Shown here: positions 1 to 10,700 of the stretch, piece by piece
Layout: each line of letters begins with the position of its first letter
How positions within the stretch are numbered: position 1 is the first letter of the stretch
IMG/VR virus record: IMGVR_UViG_3300042363_000729
Location: 1 to 64,000 of that record
Source: an uncultured virus (IMG/VR IMGVR_UViG_3300042363_000729)
Lineage: Duplodnaviria; Heunggongvirae; Uroviricota; Caudoviricetes
DNA: 64,000 nucleotides
Strand: one strand, 5' to 3'
Notes under the pieces: model-generated
The model's input: only the letters and a program-made list of their open reading frames with translations
What the model was told of the DNA's origin: nothing
The model's database searches: none
Translations under genes and position numbers: made by a program

Positions 1-344
1 CTGCCAAAGTTGGTAACCCCTGTAAAATCCACATACACATGTATATACATCAGCGGACCCATACGCACATAGGATGCTGTAGCAGTGCCGCCAGCAAATG
101 TGCCTGATCCGTCAGTAAACTGCGGGTTGAATGTTGTGGTGCTGGTAACGCCTGATCCGTATGCTACCAAATTTAGATTTCCATTGACGTTGCCTACATA
201 GATATCTTGTGTGAGTTGGTTGACTACTAATTCGCTAGGGCGAGCAACACCATTGTAATTGCCAATGGTTTCTTGTGCGTTGTCCTTCATCACAGCACGG
301 CTAATGCCTGTGATGTTGTCGTATGGTGGTGGTGGATTGGCCAT
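1..344 (-). CDS. Partial CDS (runs off window start), probable virion structural/fibre-associated protein
   Basis: ATG at 344 on the minus strand reads MANPPPPYDNITGISRAVMKDNAQETIGNYNG... with no stop to position 1; TAAATA motif at 368-373 upstream. Confidence 0.7.
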   Translation of the reverse strand, partial: MANPPPPYDNITGISRAVMKDNAQETIGNYNGVARPSELVVNQLTQDIYVGNVNGNLNLVAYGSGVTSTTTFNPQFTDGSGTFAGGTATASYVRMGPLMYIHVYVDFTGVTNFG

Positions 345-382
345 GATCTAAATATTCCCCGTTGGAGTATTTAGCTACAGAT

Positions 383-763
383 TCAATAACCTTTGAAGGG
401 CTTGAGTAGGCTCTGTCGATTTACTAATGCGGGCTCTAAGCTGTTGGGAGTGCTTATCTGTACTTTTTTAACAGGCAAACCGGCCATTTTCAATGCGTAG
501 TCAATTGCTGGCTCAACACCAGCATTGAATCCAGCAATCACAGCATCTTCGCCAAATGCGGCTTCTGGTGTCCACTCGGGCATGTGGGGTATTGGATCTT
601 GTGTGCCAGCATCACTTCTAGCACGGGCTATTGCCACACCCAGGCGATATATTTGATAAGGATCACTAGACTTTACACCAGGCAATGTAAACACATGATT
701 CATGGGATCTGCTTGCTCTGGCGGCAATGTTGCTTGTTCTGTAATAAACTCACGGGCTCGCAT
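383..763 (-). CDS. Hypothetical protein, candidate internal head protein; paralog of 763-1131
   Basis: 126 aa; N-terminus MRAREFITE resembles the T4 capsid-targeting sequence; ends FKGY like its neighbour. Confidence 0.7.
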   Translation of the reverse strand: MRAREFITEQATLPPEQADPMNHVFTLPGVKSSDPYQIYRLGVAIARARSDAGTQDPIPHMPEWTPEAAFGEDAVIAGFNAGVEPAIDYALKMAGLPVKKVQISTPNSLEPALVNRQSLLKPFKGY

Positions 764-1131
764 TACTTGTAGCCCTTGAACGCCTGCACAGGGCTTGTGG
801 TGTTTACTGCTGGATGTTCTTGTGAGTTAAGATCACCTTGATTTAAATCTTCGTGATGGCTGCCCACTGCTTGATAGGCTTTCTTCAACATGTTCTGTTC
901 TTCTGGAGTGTAAGGTGCCGCAATGTTGTTGCGTCCTGCCCATGACTCGCTATCTAGATCAGGAACAAATGTGCCATCTGTTGATGCCACGGCCATCATG
1001 ATTCTGTTGAGTTCATACACACGGTCAGCAAACTGTTTGTCTCTAAACTTGTTGAGACCCACTGTGGCATTCTGATTGCGTTTGCTAATCTTGCCAACTG
1101 CTTCTTCTGCAATGAACTCTTGTGCTCGCAT
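763..1131 (-). CDS. Hypothetical protein, candidate internal head protein; paralog of 383-763
   Basis: Start trimmed to ATG at 1131 (MRAQEFIAEE), which removes the overlap with the upstream gene; ends FKGYK. Confidence 0.7.
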   Translation of the reverse strand: MRAQEFIAEEAVGKISKRNQNATVGLNKFRDKQFADRVYELNRIMMAVASTDGTFVPDLDSESWAGRNNIAAPYTPEEQNMLKKAYQAVGSHHEDLNQGDLNSQEHPAVNTTSPVQAFKGYK

Positions 1132-1133
1132 TG

Positions 1134-1433
1134 TTAGGGAGTGCTTCCATACCCAATCACTCCAGATTGCGCAGAACTTGCTGTGCCGCATGCGAGAGCA
1201 GTAAATGTGGTCCCAACTATGATAAGATAATTTCCTGCACCAACATAAACGTAGTGTGTTGATCCAGCAGGAACTCTAACTACATTGGCATATAAATTGC
1301 CCACTGCATTAGCAGTACCTAGTGCAGTGGCAAAAACTTGATAGGTAACATCATTAGTGACAGCGTTAAATTCTGCTTTGTCTGTTGTCCATAATACATT
1401 GCCCGCGGTGTTAACAACTTGAACGGCAGCCAT
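1134..1433 (-). CDS. Small beta-rich hypothetical protein, probably virion-associated
   Basis: 99 aa ORF tightly packed in the minus-strand late operon. Confidence 0.65.
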   Translation of the reverse strand: MAAVQVVNTAGNVLWTTDKAEFNAVTNDVTYQVFATALGTANAVGNLYANVVRVPAGSTHYVYVGAGNYLIIVGTTFTALACGTASSAQSGVIGYGSTP

Positions 1434-1603
1434 TATTTGCTATCCTGATTGGGTTGAATCACCACAGGTTGAAACAACTCACGTGTTTGATGCAACACTC
1501 CAGGAATTTCCACTGGTTGTTGCTTGTACCCACTGGTAGCAGGACTGTGAGGGTTCTGCTGTGTGGTTGTGTTTAAATTTTCGTTGTAGGGTTTATATGT
1601 CAT
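1433..1603 (-). CDS. Small hypothetical protein (MTYKPYNENL...)
   Basis: ATG at 1603 directly follows the stop of 1605-3893; the longer ORF-track start overlaps that gene. Confidence 0.55.
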   Translation of the reverse strand: MTYKPYNENLNTTTQQNPHSPATSGYKQQPVEIPGVLHQTRELFQPVVIQPNQDSK

Positions 1604-1604
1604 A

Positions 1605-3893
1605 TTAGACTCCAGCCTGAACTTTATATTCTTTCCAAAGATTAGCGGTAGCAGCCAATATGCCTTCGTCCACTTTTTTCTCTTTGTCTTTTGCTTTTCC
1701 AAGGTCTTTTGAACCTTTTCCGTCTTGAGCGTAATCTGGAATGCCATCTTTGTTAGCATCGGGCTTCTTGGCTTCTTTAACGCCGGCCATTTCCATCATG
1801 CGCTTGATAGCATCTTCTTCTTCGGCAGCATAACTTTCTTGACGTTCTTCTTGGCTGGCCAATACTGGCACAGTTGATTGTCCAGTTGACTTGGGCTTGT
1901 TCAAGCCGCCTGAGTATTCAAAGTTATCTTCAGCTTGTTCAGTGTCTGTAGGATAGTCTGGAGCATTTTGATCTACAACATTGTCACCATAGGCTTCGTC
2001 CATTTCTTGATCGCCACATGAGCAGTCAGGGGTGCCGCAGCCACAAGCAGACTGGTGCCCAGATCCGCCGTAGCCTTCATCGCCGCCGCCAAGTCCAGCG
2101 TTTTTCAACAGTGTACCCAGTTTCAATGCGTCATCGTCTGTGGCAGTTACAGTAAGACTTTTGCCAGGACCGCCTTGAGCATCTGAATTCATGTTCATGC
2201 TGACATTCATGCTTTCGTTCAAACGGCTCATGCTTTCTTTGATCATGTTTTCCAAATCATGATTCATTGAATCATAAATGCCTTGACCAAAGCTAAAGCC
2301 ACTTGACGCTGTGGGGGTTGATGTTCCGCCTGCTTCTTCAGTTTTTTCTTTCTTTTTGCCTTCAGGCTTTTTCTTTTCGGGCAAGCCTTTGTGCTTGGTG
2401 CTGGCAAAGTCTTCAGCATCTGATTTTTTCATTGTCTTGGCAACTTTACCAACTTCTTTGCTGGCAGGCTTTTCGCCTTTTTGTGCGGCATGTACCATGC
2501 CCATGAATCTTTGTTGCTTTTTGCTAGTTGCTTTTTCGTCAACTTGCTCAGCACCATCGGCTGCCTTGCTAACTTTGTAGCCAGCTTTCTTTAACATGGC
2601 CATAGCTTGTTTGATGTCATCGCTTTCGTCATCGCCTTCGTTGGTTTTCTTGCTTTGGAATGTGGTACGGTCAGCTTTGCGGCTCTTGGCAGTCACACGT
2701 TCCTGACGTGGACCATCTGTGCTCTTGGGACGACCACGACCACGTTTTTCTGCCTGAGCATCACCGGCGTCATCAGCGCCTACTGAGTTGCCTTGGTCAT
2801 CAACTCTGCGAGTTACTTTACGGCCTGTAGAAGTGTGCTCAATATCATGCTTGTGGCCACGTTCAATTGATCCAACCTGAGGTTTTTCTGCACGTGGCTT
2901 CTTCCATGATGTAAACGGATTGTTATCATCATCTTCTTCAGTGGTTTCTTGCTTGCCGCCTTTGCGCAACATAGCAAAGTCATTGGCGTCTAGTTTGCCG
3001 TTGTTGTTCTTGTCTAATTTCTTTTGACCACCGCTGAGTGCGCCTTTCATGGCTTCTGCAGCCACATCGCCTAGCATTTCATCAACTTCTTTTTTGGCGC
3101 CGGCAATCTTGTCAGCAAAAGTGATTTTGTTTGCAGGTGGTGCAAGTTTGGCAAATGACTTTTGTTTAGGTGTCATTGGTGCACCGGCTTCTGGCAAATT
3201 GGGTTCTGCGTGTGTTCCGTGTGCGTCTTTGATACTGCCTTTGAGGCTGGTGATTTGATTGCGAGAAGGCAAACCTTTTCTTGGTCCTTTTTCTACAGGA
3301 CTGCCGCTGCCGCCGCGCCCAAAGCCCTTGCGTAGTGGATCGTTGTGGTCAAATTCGCTGCCGCCTATTTTGCGTTTTCTACCTTCATAGTCATCGGGTT
3401 TTGGATTATAATAGAGCTCATCGGCGTCAGGGCCGTAGGTGTAGTCTAGTGGTTCTACTGTGTACAATTTGTCTTTGTACTTGGGGTCACGGTATTTGGC
3501 AGCTTCGGTTGTTTTTTGTTCTGGCTTCTTGCCTGTTTGTGGCACACCCATCTTGCGTTGCAGGTCACGGATCATGTCAGCATCGCTGCCGTGTCCAACT
3601 TTGTCTAGTATGGCGCCGCCAACTTTCTTGGCCATGCCGCCTGCTTTCTTTATCATGTCGCCCATGCCTTCGTCTACTTCAGTGTTATCGTACTTGTCAT
3701 ACTTGGCACGAACTGGATCCAACGATTTGCCTTCTCGGCCAGCTTTGGCCAAGGCTTCCATGCCCTCTTTGCCGTACTTCTCATAGCCCTTGGCCGCACG
3801 ACTCATGTCACGTTCGTTCAATTGTTTGTGAGTCAGTTCTGGCGTGGCACGAATGGTGTCGAGTTTTTTGTTTAGGTTGTAAAAAAATGTCAT
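1605..3893 (-). CDS. Large charged modular protein (DUF3008-like segment, AT-hook, EF-hand-like loops); candidate internal head protein
   Basis: KATSKKQQRFMGMVHAAQKG...DFASTKHKGLPEKK (DUF3008-like), KRGRGRPK, DKNNNGKLDAND and DANKDGIPD; recurrent xxE sites between modules. Confidence 0.65.
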   Translation of the reverse strand: MTFFYNLNKKLDTIRATPELTHKQLNERDMSRAAKGYEKYGKEGMEALAKAGREGKSLDPVRAKYDKYDNTEVDEGMGDMIKKAGGMAKKVGGAILDKVGHGSDADMIRDLQRKMGVPQTGKKPEQKTTEAAKYRDPKYKDKLYTVEPLDYTYGPDADELYYNPKPDDYEGRKRKIGGSEFDHNDPLRKGFGRGGSGSPVEKGPRKGLPSRNQITSLKGSIKDAHGTHAEPNLPEAGAPMTPKQKSFAKLAPPANKITFADKIAGAKKEVDEMLGDVAAEAMKGALSGGQKKLDKNNNGKLDANDFAMLRKGGKQETTEEDDDNNPFTSWKKPRAEKPQVGSIERGHKHDIEHTSTGRKVTRRVDDQGNSVGADDAGDAQAEKRGRGRPKSTDGPRQERVTAKSRKADRTTFQSKKTNEGDDESDDIKQAMAMLKKAGYKVSKAADGAEQVDEKATSKKQQRFMGMVHAAQKGEKPASKEVGKVAKTMKKSDAEDFASTKHKGLPEKKKPEGKKKEKTEEAGGTSTPTASSGFSFGQGIYDSMNHDLENMIKESMSRLNESMNVSMNMNSDAQGGPGKSLTVTATDDDALKLGTLLKNAGLGGGDEGYGGSGHQSACGCGTPDCSCGDQEMDEAYGDNVVDQNAPDYPTDTEQAEDNFEYSGGLNKPKSTGQSTVPVLASQEERQESYAAEEEDAIKRMMEMAGVKEAKKPDANKDGIPDYAQDGKGSKDLGKAKDKEKKVDEGILAATANLWKEYKVQAGV

Positions 3894-3898
3894 TTCAA

Positions 3899-4504
3899 TT
3901 ATCCTCTAGGGTTTGCGCCAGTTGCTGGCTTGGGGGAACGCTTGATATTGGTCATTGGGCTCTTGTTGCCCATGGGCAATTCATTTGTGGTCTTGGCAGG
4001 AGGTGTCTTGCCCCCAGCCACAGTAAAATTGGTCTTGTATGCGTTTTTCACAACTTCATGATCGTAAGGACCAGTTGCATAATCTTTCTTCAATGCTCGT
4101 TGTTCAGCATCGGGTGCAGGATAAGGAGAGTCTAACAAGTCTTTGTTTTGATCTTCAATCTTGACAGATTCAGCGTCCATACTTTCTTCGTATGGAGTAG
4201 CCATCATCACAATACGATTTGGATCCAGCCCCAACAACTGTGCCAACTGTTTGATTTGTGGCTCAACAGCTGGGTACTTGAATTCCACATCCACTCTTGA
4301 AACTGCCTGGTTGGGAAATGCTGGAAAGTCTGGAATGACTTTGCGCACTGGTGTGCTTTTGGCATCGCCCATTTTGACAATGTCAAATTGTTGGCATTTG
4401 TCTCGTAGCTCTTTGAAGAAGCCTGCGGGAACGTCGCCAACCACTTTGATGCGATAGTTGTATGTACGTTCGCTTTCTGCTAGGTATTTTGCAAATGGTT
4501 TCAT
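3899..4504 (-). CDS. Hypothetical late protein
   Basis: 201 aa; N-terminus MKPFAKYLAE is CTS-like; TAAATA at 4523-4528 upstream. Confidence 0.7.
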   Translation of the reverse strand: MKPFAKYLAESERTYNYRIKVVGDVPAGFFKELRDKCQQFDIVKMGDAKSTPVRKVIPDFPAFPNQAVSRVDVEFKYPAVEPQIKQLAQLLGLDPNRIVMMATPYEESMDAESVKIEDQNKDLLDSPYPAPDAEQRALKKDYATGPYDHEVVKNAYKTNFTVAGGKTPPAKTTNELPMGNKSPMTNIKRSPKPATGANPRG

Positions 4505-4525
4505 ATCTGGTATCCTGTTGTATAT

Positions 4526-5026
4526 TTATTCTTTTTGCGCTTTTTGGCCTTTGCCAATGATGCGCTCTAGTAGATCATTGCGACTCAATACCACGCCGTG
4601 CGCTGTTTGTGTGGCAGCTTCGGGGTCCTTGGCTTCAAGTGCCTGCTGTTGTTGATCCAACCGCATTTTTTTCATTTGTAAATCAATCATCTTGAGTTTT
4701 TTGTCTAGCTTGGCTGTTTTTGCTGTGATAGCATGCCCTAGCATATTGCTGGCAACACCAAAGATTTCGCTGGCAAATCTTGAATCCACTTGCATGCCAA
4801 GATCCATGAGATCTTTGTAGCTGGATTTTGCTAGATCACTCAGCTCGTCCATTTCTGTATCAGTGGCATCTAGACCCTTGACAGCAGGTAATGCATTGTC
4901 TATTTTATCAATAGCGTCGTCTAGAGCTTGCAGGGTTTCTTTGTTGGTGGAAAGTGCAGGTAGAGCAAGGTCTACTTCTTCTTCAGTTGGGGGCAGGTCA
5001 AAAAGTTCTTCAAGTTTGCGAGTCAT
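4526..5026 (-). CDS. Probable terminase small subunit (gp16-like)
   Basis: Helical 166 aa; DLMDLGMQVDSRFASEIFGVASNML...KMIDLQMKK and C-terminal SRNDLLERI resemble the T4-like gp16 pattern. Confidence 0.5.
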   Translation of the reverse strand: MTRKLEELFDLPPTEEEVDLALPALSTNKETLQALDDAIDKIDNALPAVKGLDATDTEMDELSDLAKSSYKDLMDLGMQVDSRFASEIFGVASNMLGHAITAKTAKLDKKLKMIDLQMKKMRLDQQQQALEAKDPEAATQTAHGVVLSRNDLLERIIGKGQKAQKE

Positions 5027-5041
5027 GCCATATTTAGTGAC

Positions 5042-5473
5042 TCATGCTCGACCGTTGTGGAACATTTGATCTTCTGTGATAACTCTAAATGCCAGGCCCT
5101 GGCGTTTGCACCATTTGGTTGCGGCCTGCCATTTGGCATAGTTAATAGCTACCACAGCTCGATCACGGCTGTTCATTTTTGACTCAATTACACTTTGTTT
5201 TTTGGGTTTGATTTCGATCAGTTCAGCTCGCATGGTGTTGTTGCGAGTGCGGTAGGTGATCAAGAAGTCTGGCACGTATATGGTTTGTTTGCCAGTCAGC
5301 GGGTGTCTGTAGGGTATTTGCACTGCTTCGCTGGCCCACTGCAATATGTGATCGTTATTGTCACAAAAACGCATGAAGCTCAGTTCCCAGCCACTGCGGA
5401 ATCTAGGTTTGCCAGAGCCCACATACTTCTGGGGGTTCATTACATCATAAAACCCTTGTGCCCACTTGGCCAT
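5042..5473 (-). CDS. Head completion nuclease gp4-like (TnsA N-terminal/PD-(D/E)xK fold)
   Basis: NPQKYVG...RSGWELSFMRFCD...WASE...IPY...YVPDF...IEIKP motifs. Confidence 0.85.
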   Translation of the reverse strand: MAKWAQGFYDVMNPQKYVGSGKPRFRSGWELSFMRFCDNNDHILQWASEAVQIPYRHPLTGKQTIYVPDFLITYRTRNNTMRAELIEIKPKKQSVIESKMNSRDRAVVAINYAKWQAATKWCKRQGLAFRVITEDQMFHNGRA

Positions 5474-5832
5474 TACTGCACCACATTTCTAGCCGCATAA
5501 AAATTTGGCGTAACTGGTACACCCACGCCCAGCAGTGTGGCTTTGTTGCGTATACTGTTGAGATAGTAGGCCAGATTAGCGTTAAGGCTCATGCCGTTGG
5601 CGCCAGAGAATCCTGCCAACAAATCCAAGGCAGGTATTTTGGTTTCGTCCGCTACTCTAAACAAGCTCACTGTGAAGTTGCCAGCGGCAGTTTTGTCAGT
5701 CATTTCTTGCAAAAAGAACGAATGTACAATGTCATACTCGTTGGCTGGTATGTTGAGTTCATACTCGTAGAAACTGTCAAACACTCGTACTGTTTGATCA
5801 AGGTTGAAGTTGGTAAAATTAATGCTAGACAT
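5473..5832 (-). CDS. Hypothetical protein
   Basis: 119 aa ORF; TAAATA at 5845-5850 upstream. Confidence 0.7.
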   Translation of the reverse strand: MSSINFTNFNLDQTVRVFDSFYEYELNIPANEYDIVHSFFLQEMTDKTAAGNFTVSLFRVADETKIPALDLLAGFSGANGMSLNANLAYYLNSIRNKATLLGVGVPVTPNFYAARNVVQ

Positions 5833-5855
5833 AATACTGTGGAGTATTTATAGCA

Positions 5856-6998
5856 TCAAGGATTGGTGGTTGGCCCATTGGGTGTTGGGAAGAACATACC
5901 ATTGGGACGGCCTTGCATAGACTTCACTGCTCCAGGTATTGATCCTTTGACAACGTCTGTGCCCAGTCGTGTGGCTTCCGAAGCCGCAATACTCTTGATG
6001 TTTTTGCCTTTGAATGTGTTGAACACTGTACCGGCCTTTTGTACAGCACCAATAGCACCCAGTGGTCCACCGCTTTGTAAGTCTTGCAAAATACCTGCTC
6101 CTGCGTCCAATAAACCACCTTGGCCCATGATTGTGGCATTGCTGCCTGGTCTTGAAATGGGACTCAACGTTGTATCATAGTGTGCAGGATCAGCAAAGCC
6201 TTGCACGTTGATATCTGGACGCTGGCTACCAATGGCGCCGGTGTAATATTTTACTGTTTCGTAGCTGAGTTGCATGGTGTTGGTCATAGTGCCACTACCT
6301 TGACTGTAGTCATATTGATCGTGCTGGAAACTAGATATCAACGGATTGATCAACACATACTCAGCGTACTTGTGTTGATCCATGCCATAAATTCTGATGT
6401 CGCGAAAGAATGGTGGCTTGCCTGAATTGGTCAACAATGACGTATTGCCATCATTAAAGGCTTCGCCAATGTAACCCCAGTCGCTGACTTGACGTTTGTC
6501 ATCATAGATGTCTCGGGCGTTGTATCCAAAACCAGTTTGTCTGTTTGCGCTTGGTCCCATGCTGCCGTTTTGGCTGTTGGGTGAAAGATAATTTTGGCTT
6601 GGATCTTTGTAGTAGTAAGCATAGTAGTTGTACCACATGGTACGCACTAGGTCGCCTGAGTCATCGTGAAAAGTAATACTCACAGGATCATAGTTGATCT
6701 TGGTTTGTATTACACGTTTACGATTGTATTGGTTAAGCGTCTCAGTGGCTATTGTGTACTTGGGAAGGTCAATTGTTTTTACCACAAGACTGACATTTTT
6801 AACACCGTCTGATCCCATGGCTGCTTTTAAAGTTGGGATCTCTTGATAGTTTAGTGTAAAGCTGACATGGAATAAAAACTTGTACCGTGGCTTGAGCTCA
6901 AACGAATTTGCGGTAAAGGTTTTGTTTGCGTGACGATAATCACGCAAACTGTCAACTGTGGTGAATCCCTTGAAGAATTCCTGGCCAAATGTTGGCAT
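5856..6998 (-). CDS. Tail-tube-fold protein (gp54/gp19-like baseplate-tube junction)
   Basis: VKTIDLPKYTIATETLNQYNRKRVIQTKINYDPVSITFHDD tube-fold pattern; immediately downstream of the tube gene. Confidence 0.6.
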   Translation of the reverse strand: MPTFGQEFFKGFTTVDSLRDYRHANKTFTANSFELKPRYKFLFHVSFTLNYQEIPTLKAAMGSDGVKNVSLVVKTIDLPKYTIATETLNQYNRKRVIQTKINYDPVSITFHDDSGDLVRTMWYNYYAYYYKDPSQNYLSPNSQNGSMGPSANRQTGFGYNARDIYDDKRQVSDWGYIGEAFNDGNTSLLTNSGKPPFFRDIRIYGMDQHKYAEYVLINPLISSFQHDQYDYSQGSGTMTNTMQLSYETVKYYTGAIGSQRPDINVQGFADPAHYDTTLSPISRPGSNATIMGQGGLLDAGAGILQDLQSGGPLGAIGAVQKAGTVFNTFKGKNIKSIAASEATRLGTDVVKGSIPGAVKSMQGRPNGMFFPTPNGPTTNP

Positions 6999-7009
6999 AT
7001 TAACCTGCC

Positions 7010-7636
7010 TTAGGTATTACCAATGCCCGCGCCTGTTACAACGTCACCAAGGGTTCTACCAATTTCTGTACCAACACCGCTACCGTTAGGTGACTGGTTG
7101 GCGTTATCGTAAGCAATGGTCAAGTTAACTGTGACTGCTTCGTTGCTACTGTAATTCAATTCACCGTAGTCTGCGCCTTTGAGGTAGCAGCCATACAGTT
7201 CCCAGGTTTCTAAAACCACTGGTTCTGAAGCTCCGTTGCCACCGTCAAGTACCTGGATCTTGGTCAAGAATTTGTAGTCAATTCCTGATGACGCAGATGC
7301 CATTTCTAAAAAGTCCATTTGTTTCTGGAACTGTTCGCCTATCAACTTGGTCACACTGCCTGATGCATCATCTCTAATAGAGCAAGCAACGTCTGCCCAG
7401 GTATGACGTCCAGCCAGCTTTAGTGTGCTGTTATAGATAGGAATTGCAATTTCTTCAAATGTCAAGTTTGGTCGAGCTACGCTGATAACCTGCTTGGTCA
7501 ATTCTGTTGTGGGCTTTGATATGCCAAAGTTCTCAAAAAATACTCTAAATCGATATTTGAGCTTGGGCATCAATAGGCCCTGGGTGGCTTGCCCTCCCAG
7601 TGGTACTGACATTTTGTTAAGTGATGCGCTTGCCAT
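7010..7636 (-). CDS. Tail tube protein (gp19-like)
   Basis: PKLKYRFRV...RPNLTFEE...LAGRHTW...ETWELYGCY...LTIAYDNA; follows the sheath gene. Confidence 0.8.
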   Translation of the reverse strand: MASASLNKMSVPLGGQATQGLLMPKLKYRFRVFFENFGISKPTTELTKQVISVARPNLTFEEIAIPIYNSTLKLAGRHTWADVACSIRDDASGSVTKLIGEQFQKQMDFLEMASASSGIDYKFLTKIQVLDGGNGASEPVVLETWELYGCYLKGADYGELNYSSNEAVTVNLTIAYDNANQSPNGSGVGTEIGRTLGDVVTGAGIGNT

Positions 7637-7671
7637 TATTCGTTATCTCCTATATGTTTATTTACCTGAAC

Positions 7672-7696
7672 TGGGGGCCGAAAAAACAGCCCCCAT
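7672..7696 (-). terminator. GC-rich hairpin after the sheath gene
   Basis: Minus strand GGGGCTG-TTTTTT-CGGCCCC inverted repeat between the sheath stop and the tube promoter; no clear U-tract. Confidence 0.4.
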
Positions 7697-7703
7697 TTCT
7701 CTA

Positions 7704-10700
7704 TTACGCTCCACCAGAGATCTCACCAGTGTTCTTGATGCGCAATGGAATATAGATAAATTCCACCGCTTTCACTGGTTCTATGGCAATATCAACCCAC
7801 AACTCATTGCGATCAATACGTGCTGGCGTGTTGTTGCTCAAGTCACAAACCACTAGGTAGTCATAGATTGCACGTTTGGCAATCAAGTCAATCATCAAAC
7901 TATTAACAGTGTTGGTGATTTCGTTACGAGTAATTTCATCGTTGGGCTCGAACAAGTACAACTTGCCAACTTCTTCCAATCGACCACGCAAGAATGCAAC
8001 CAGTCGTGCCACGTTGATACGATCCAGTGCAGTGGTTGTGGTAGTAGTGGTTTTGTTACCAAAGTTAACAATACCCACACCTGGAATAAAGGTAATTGGG
8101 TTGATGTTACGCTCGTACAGTATATCACGAATGCTTTGGCTCACACCAATCTGCTGGAATTCACCTGTAGTTGCTTCAATGTAACCAATTGCGCTAGCAT
8201 TGTCAACCACACCACGACGTGTGCCTGCTGGTGCCAACCATGGATAGCTCACTGCATCGCTACGCAGAATTGTGCGTACCATCATGTGACTTGGAGGTTG
8301 TACCACAGTGTTACCACTTAGGTCATTTGTTTGGCAACTTGGATAGAAAGCACCTGCATAGTTGCTGGTACTTGAGTTACCATCTTCAGTGATCAAGCCC
8401 AGACCATTGTTGTTGGTTGCCCACTCAACAAGGCTGTTGCCGTCTGCACCAAGACGCATTGGTGTGTCGGCCACAACAAACAGTGTGTTGTTACGCTCGT
8501 TACTCAATGCAATCATGTTTGGTGTCAACTCAGGATATGCAGGTGTTGCAATGATGTTGAATCCGTTTTGTTCTTCACGTGCGGCAACTGAAGTGTCAAC
8601 ACCGCTCTTGAGAGCTCGCACAATCAATTGACGCTGTGCCAAGCGACCTGACCACATGCTGCCATTGTCTTTGTTGCCACTGGCTGTGAGCCATGTGCTG
8701 GTAACTACAGGCAATGTATCATCAGGGTAATCTGTGGCATTAAAGTAATTGCTCTGGAAGCTCTTGACGTTGTAACCTGAGCGACGTGTGTTAAACAACA
8801 ATACACCTTGTGGATACAGTGCAGGATCTGGAGCATCTAGATCCAAGTAGTCACTTGTGAGCAAACTTTCAATAGTTGGGTAAGCATCTGCTACAGGGTC
8901 TGTAGTTCCATTTGGTGCCCAACGAGCATCAGCAAACAACACACCACTTTGTGTGGTTTGGTCGCTGGTGTCAATTTCTACCCACTGATCAGTGCCACTT
9001 ACTGGTTCCCAACGATAGAGTTTGGGATAGTTTTCCAAGTCGCTAGTGTCTATCCACAAATCGCCGTAGGCCAATGGTGACTCAGCTGTGTCATTTTGTG
9101 TGGTTGGTGCAGTTGCCGCAATAATTGGTCCACTAGCATTGGTCAAACTCAAGTCGTAACCACGAGCATCGTTGGTTACGTTTTGATAACCTTGCCAGGT
9201 TCCGTTGTCTTGAATCATGATATCTGCATCACTCACTGAGCTGTAGTACCATAGACGACCGTCTGCTGGATCTTGATCCGGAGCAGTGTCGCTGGCTGTG
9301 TATGTAAACTGTGGTGTACCCACAAAGTTTGTCAGTACCACGCCGCCACTTACTTGTGTGTTGGGACGAACATACGGTGTTGCAGAAGTAAAACCAGCTG
9401 TGGTCACTGCTACGTCGCCTGCAGAGTTTACCAGGCTAATACTACCACCAGTGGCGTGTGTGAACACAATGTTACCAGCTGTGTTCACTGACGCACTGAC
9501 GTTGGCAATACCTGCGGCGCTGACTGCGGCTAAGAAAGCACTTACAGTCTGGCCACCCAAGGTCACAGTTGCCGAAACACTAGTAGCAGTTCCTGGTTCA
9601 GTAGCTGCCATAGTAAATTGGTCACCGGTTACAAATGCATTTTCAGTTGAAGTAAATGCAGTAGTACCAGTAACAACTGTTTGGCCCAGAGCAATGCGCT
9701 CATAAATTTCAAAAGCCAATGTTACCAATGGTGTTGTTTGATAGAACAATGCTCTTGGACTTGCATAGGTAGTTCCTACAGGAATATTTTTACCACCACC
9801 TGTGGGATCTAGCCCATAGATAGCGGCGCTATCGCCATTGTATACTGGGCAAGCCTGTTGCACCCAAGTTCCAAGAGCAGTGCTCCATGATTTAACAGCC
9901 AGGCTCATACCATTGTTGGCCACGCTTACGTTTTGCCACACAGAACCAGTTGGGCGGCCGCCGTCAGTGTCAGTTGTTCTCCAACGTGGAGCTTGGTAAC
10001 TGTAGCCTGGGAAGTATTCTGGTGCCGCATATTCACCTGTGGTGATACCCAGGGCAGTCAACAAAGCCGCGCCGCTGTTTGGGCCTGGATCAACTGCAAT
10101 CAAACCATTGTTTGTCAGTGATGAGCCGTCATTGGCTGCGGTGCTGTCAGCATAGAGATACAGCTGACCATTTACTGATCTAGCAAAAACGCCAGCAATA
10201 GCAGCCGCATTAATAACTGCAACAAAGCCAGCAACGGTATTTGTGGCACCAACTGTGACCAAGTTGTCATTGATGTATATGTTGGCACCAACAGTCAAGG
10301 TAGCCGGTGCGTTGGAGCCAGCCACTGTGGGCCAAGCCATTTTCCAGTCGTCATCACCGATCAGGACCCAGGTATTGTCATATTTCTTGTAATAACCTTG
10401 CAACACAGTGGTCACCGCAACTATAGCATAGTCACCAATGCTGCCAACAGATGCAATAGGGGTTAGGTTGCCACCACTAAAGTTTGTGACTTCAGCGGTG
10501 TCAGTAATAATCAAAGGTACTTTGTTTTCAAAAACTGCTGTGGTTTGATTCCATTCAAAAATACCAAAACTTGAGTCAGCAGTATCAAGCCAGTATGTAC
10601 CATTGGCTGCGTTGCCAACAGGGCGATTCAAGCTAGCAGTTAGTTCGCTAAGGTCAATATTGGCACGTTGCACATAGCAACGATTTGACACACCCAAGGC

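Noticed and set aside
3281..4135. 284-aa Cys-rich plus-strand ORF
   Set aside because: Antisense to two well-formed minus-strand genes, with no recognisable motif or translation signal.
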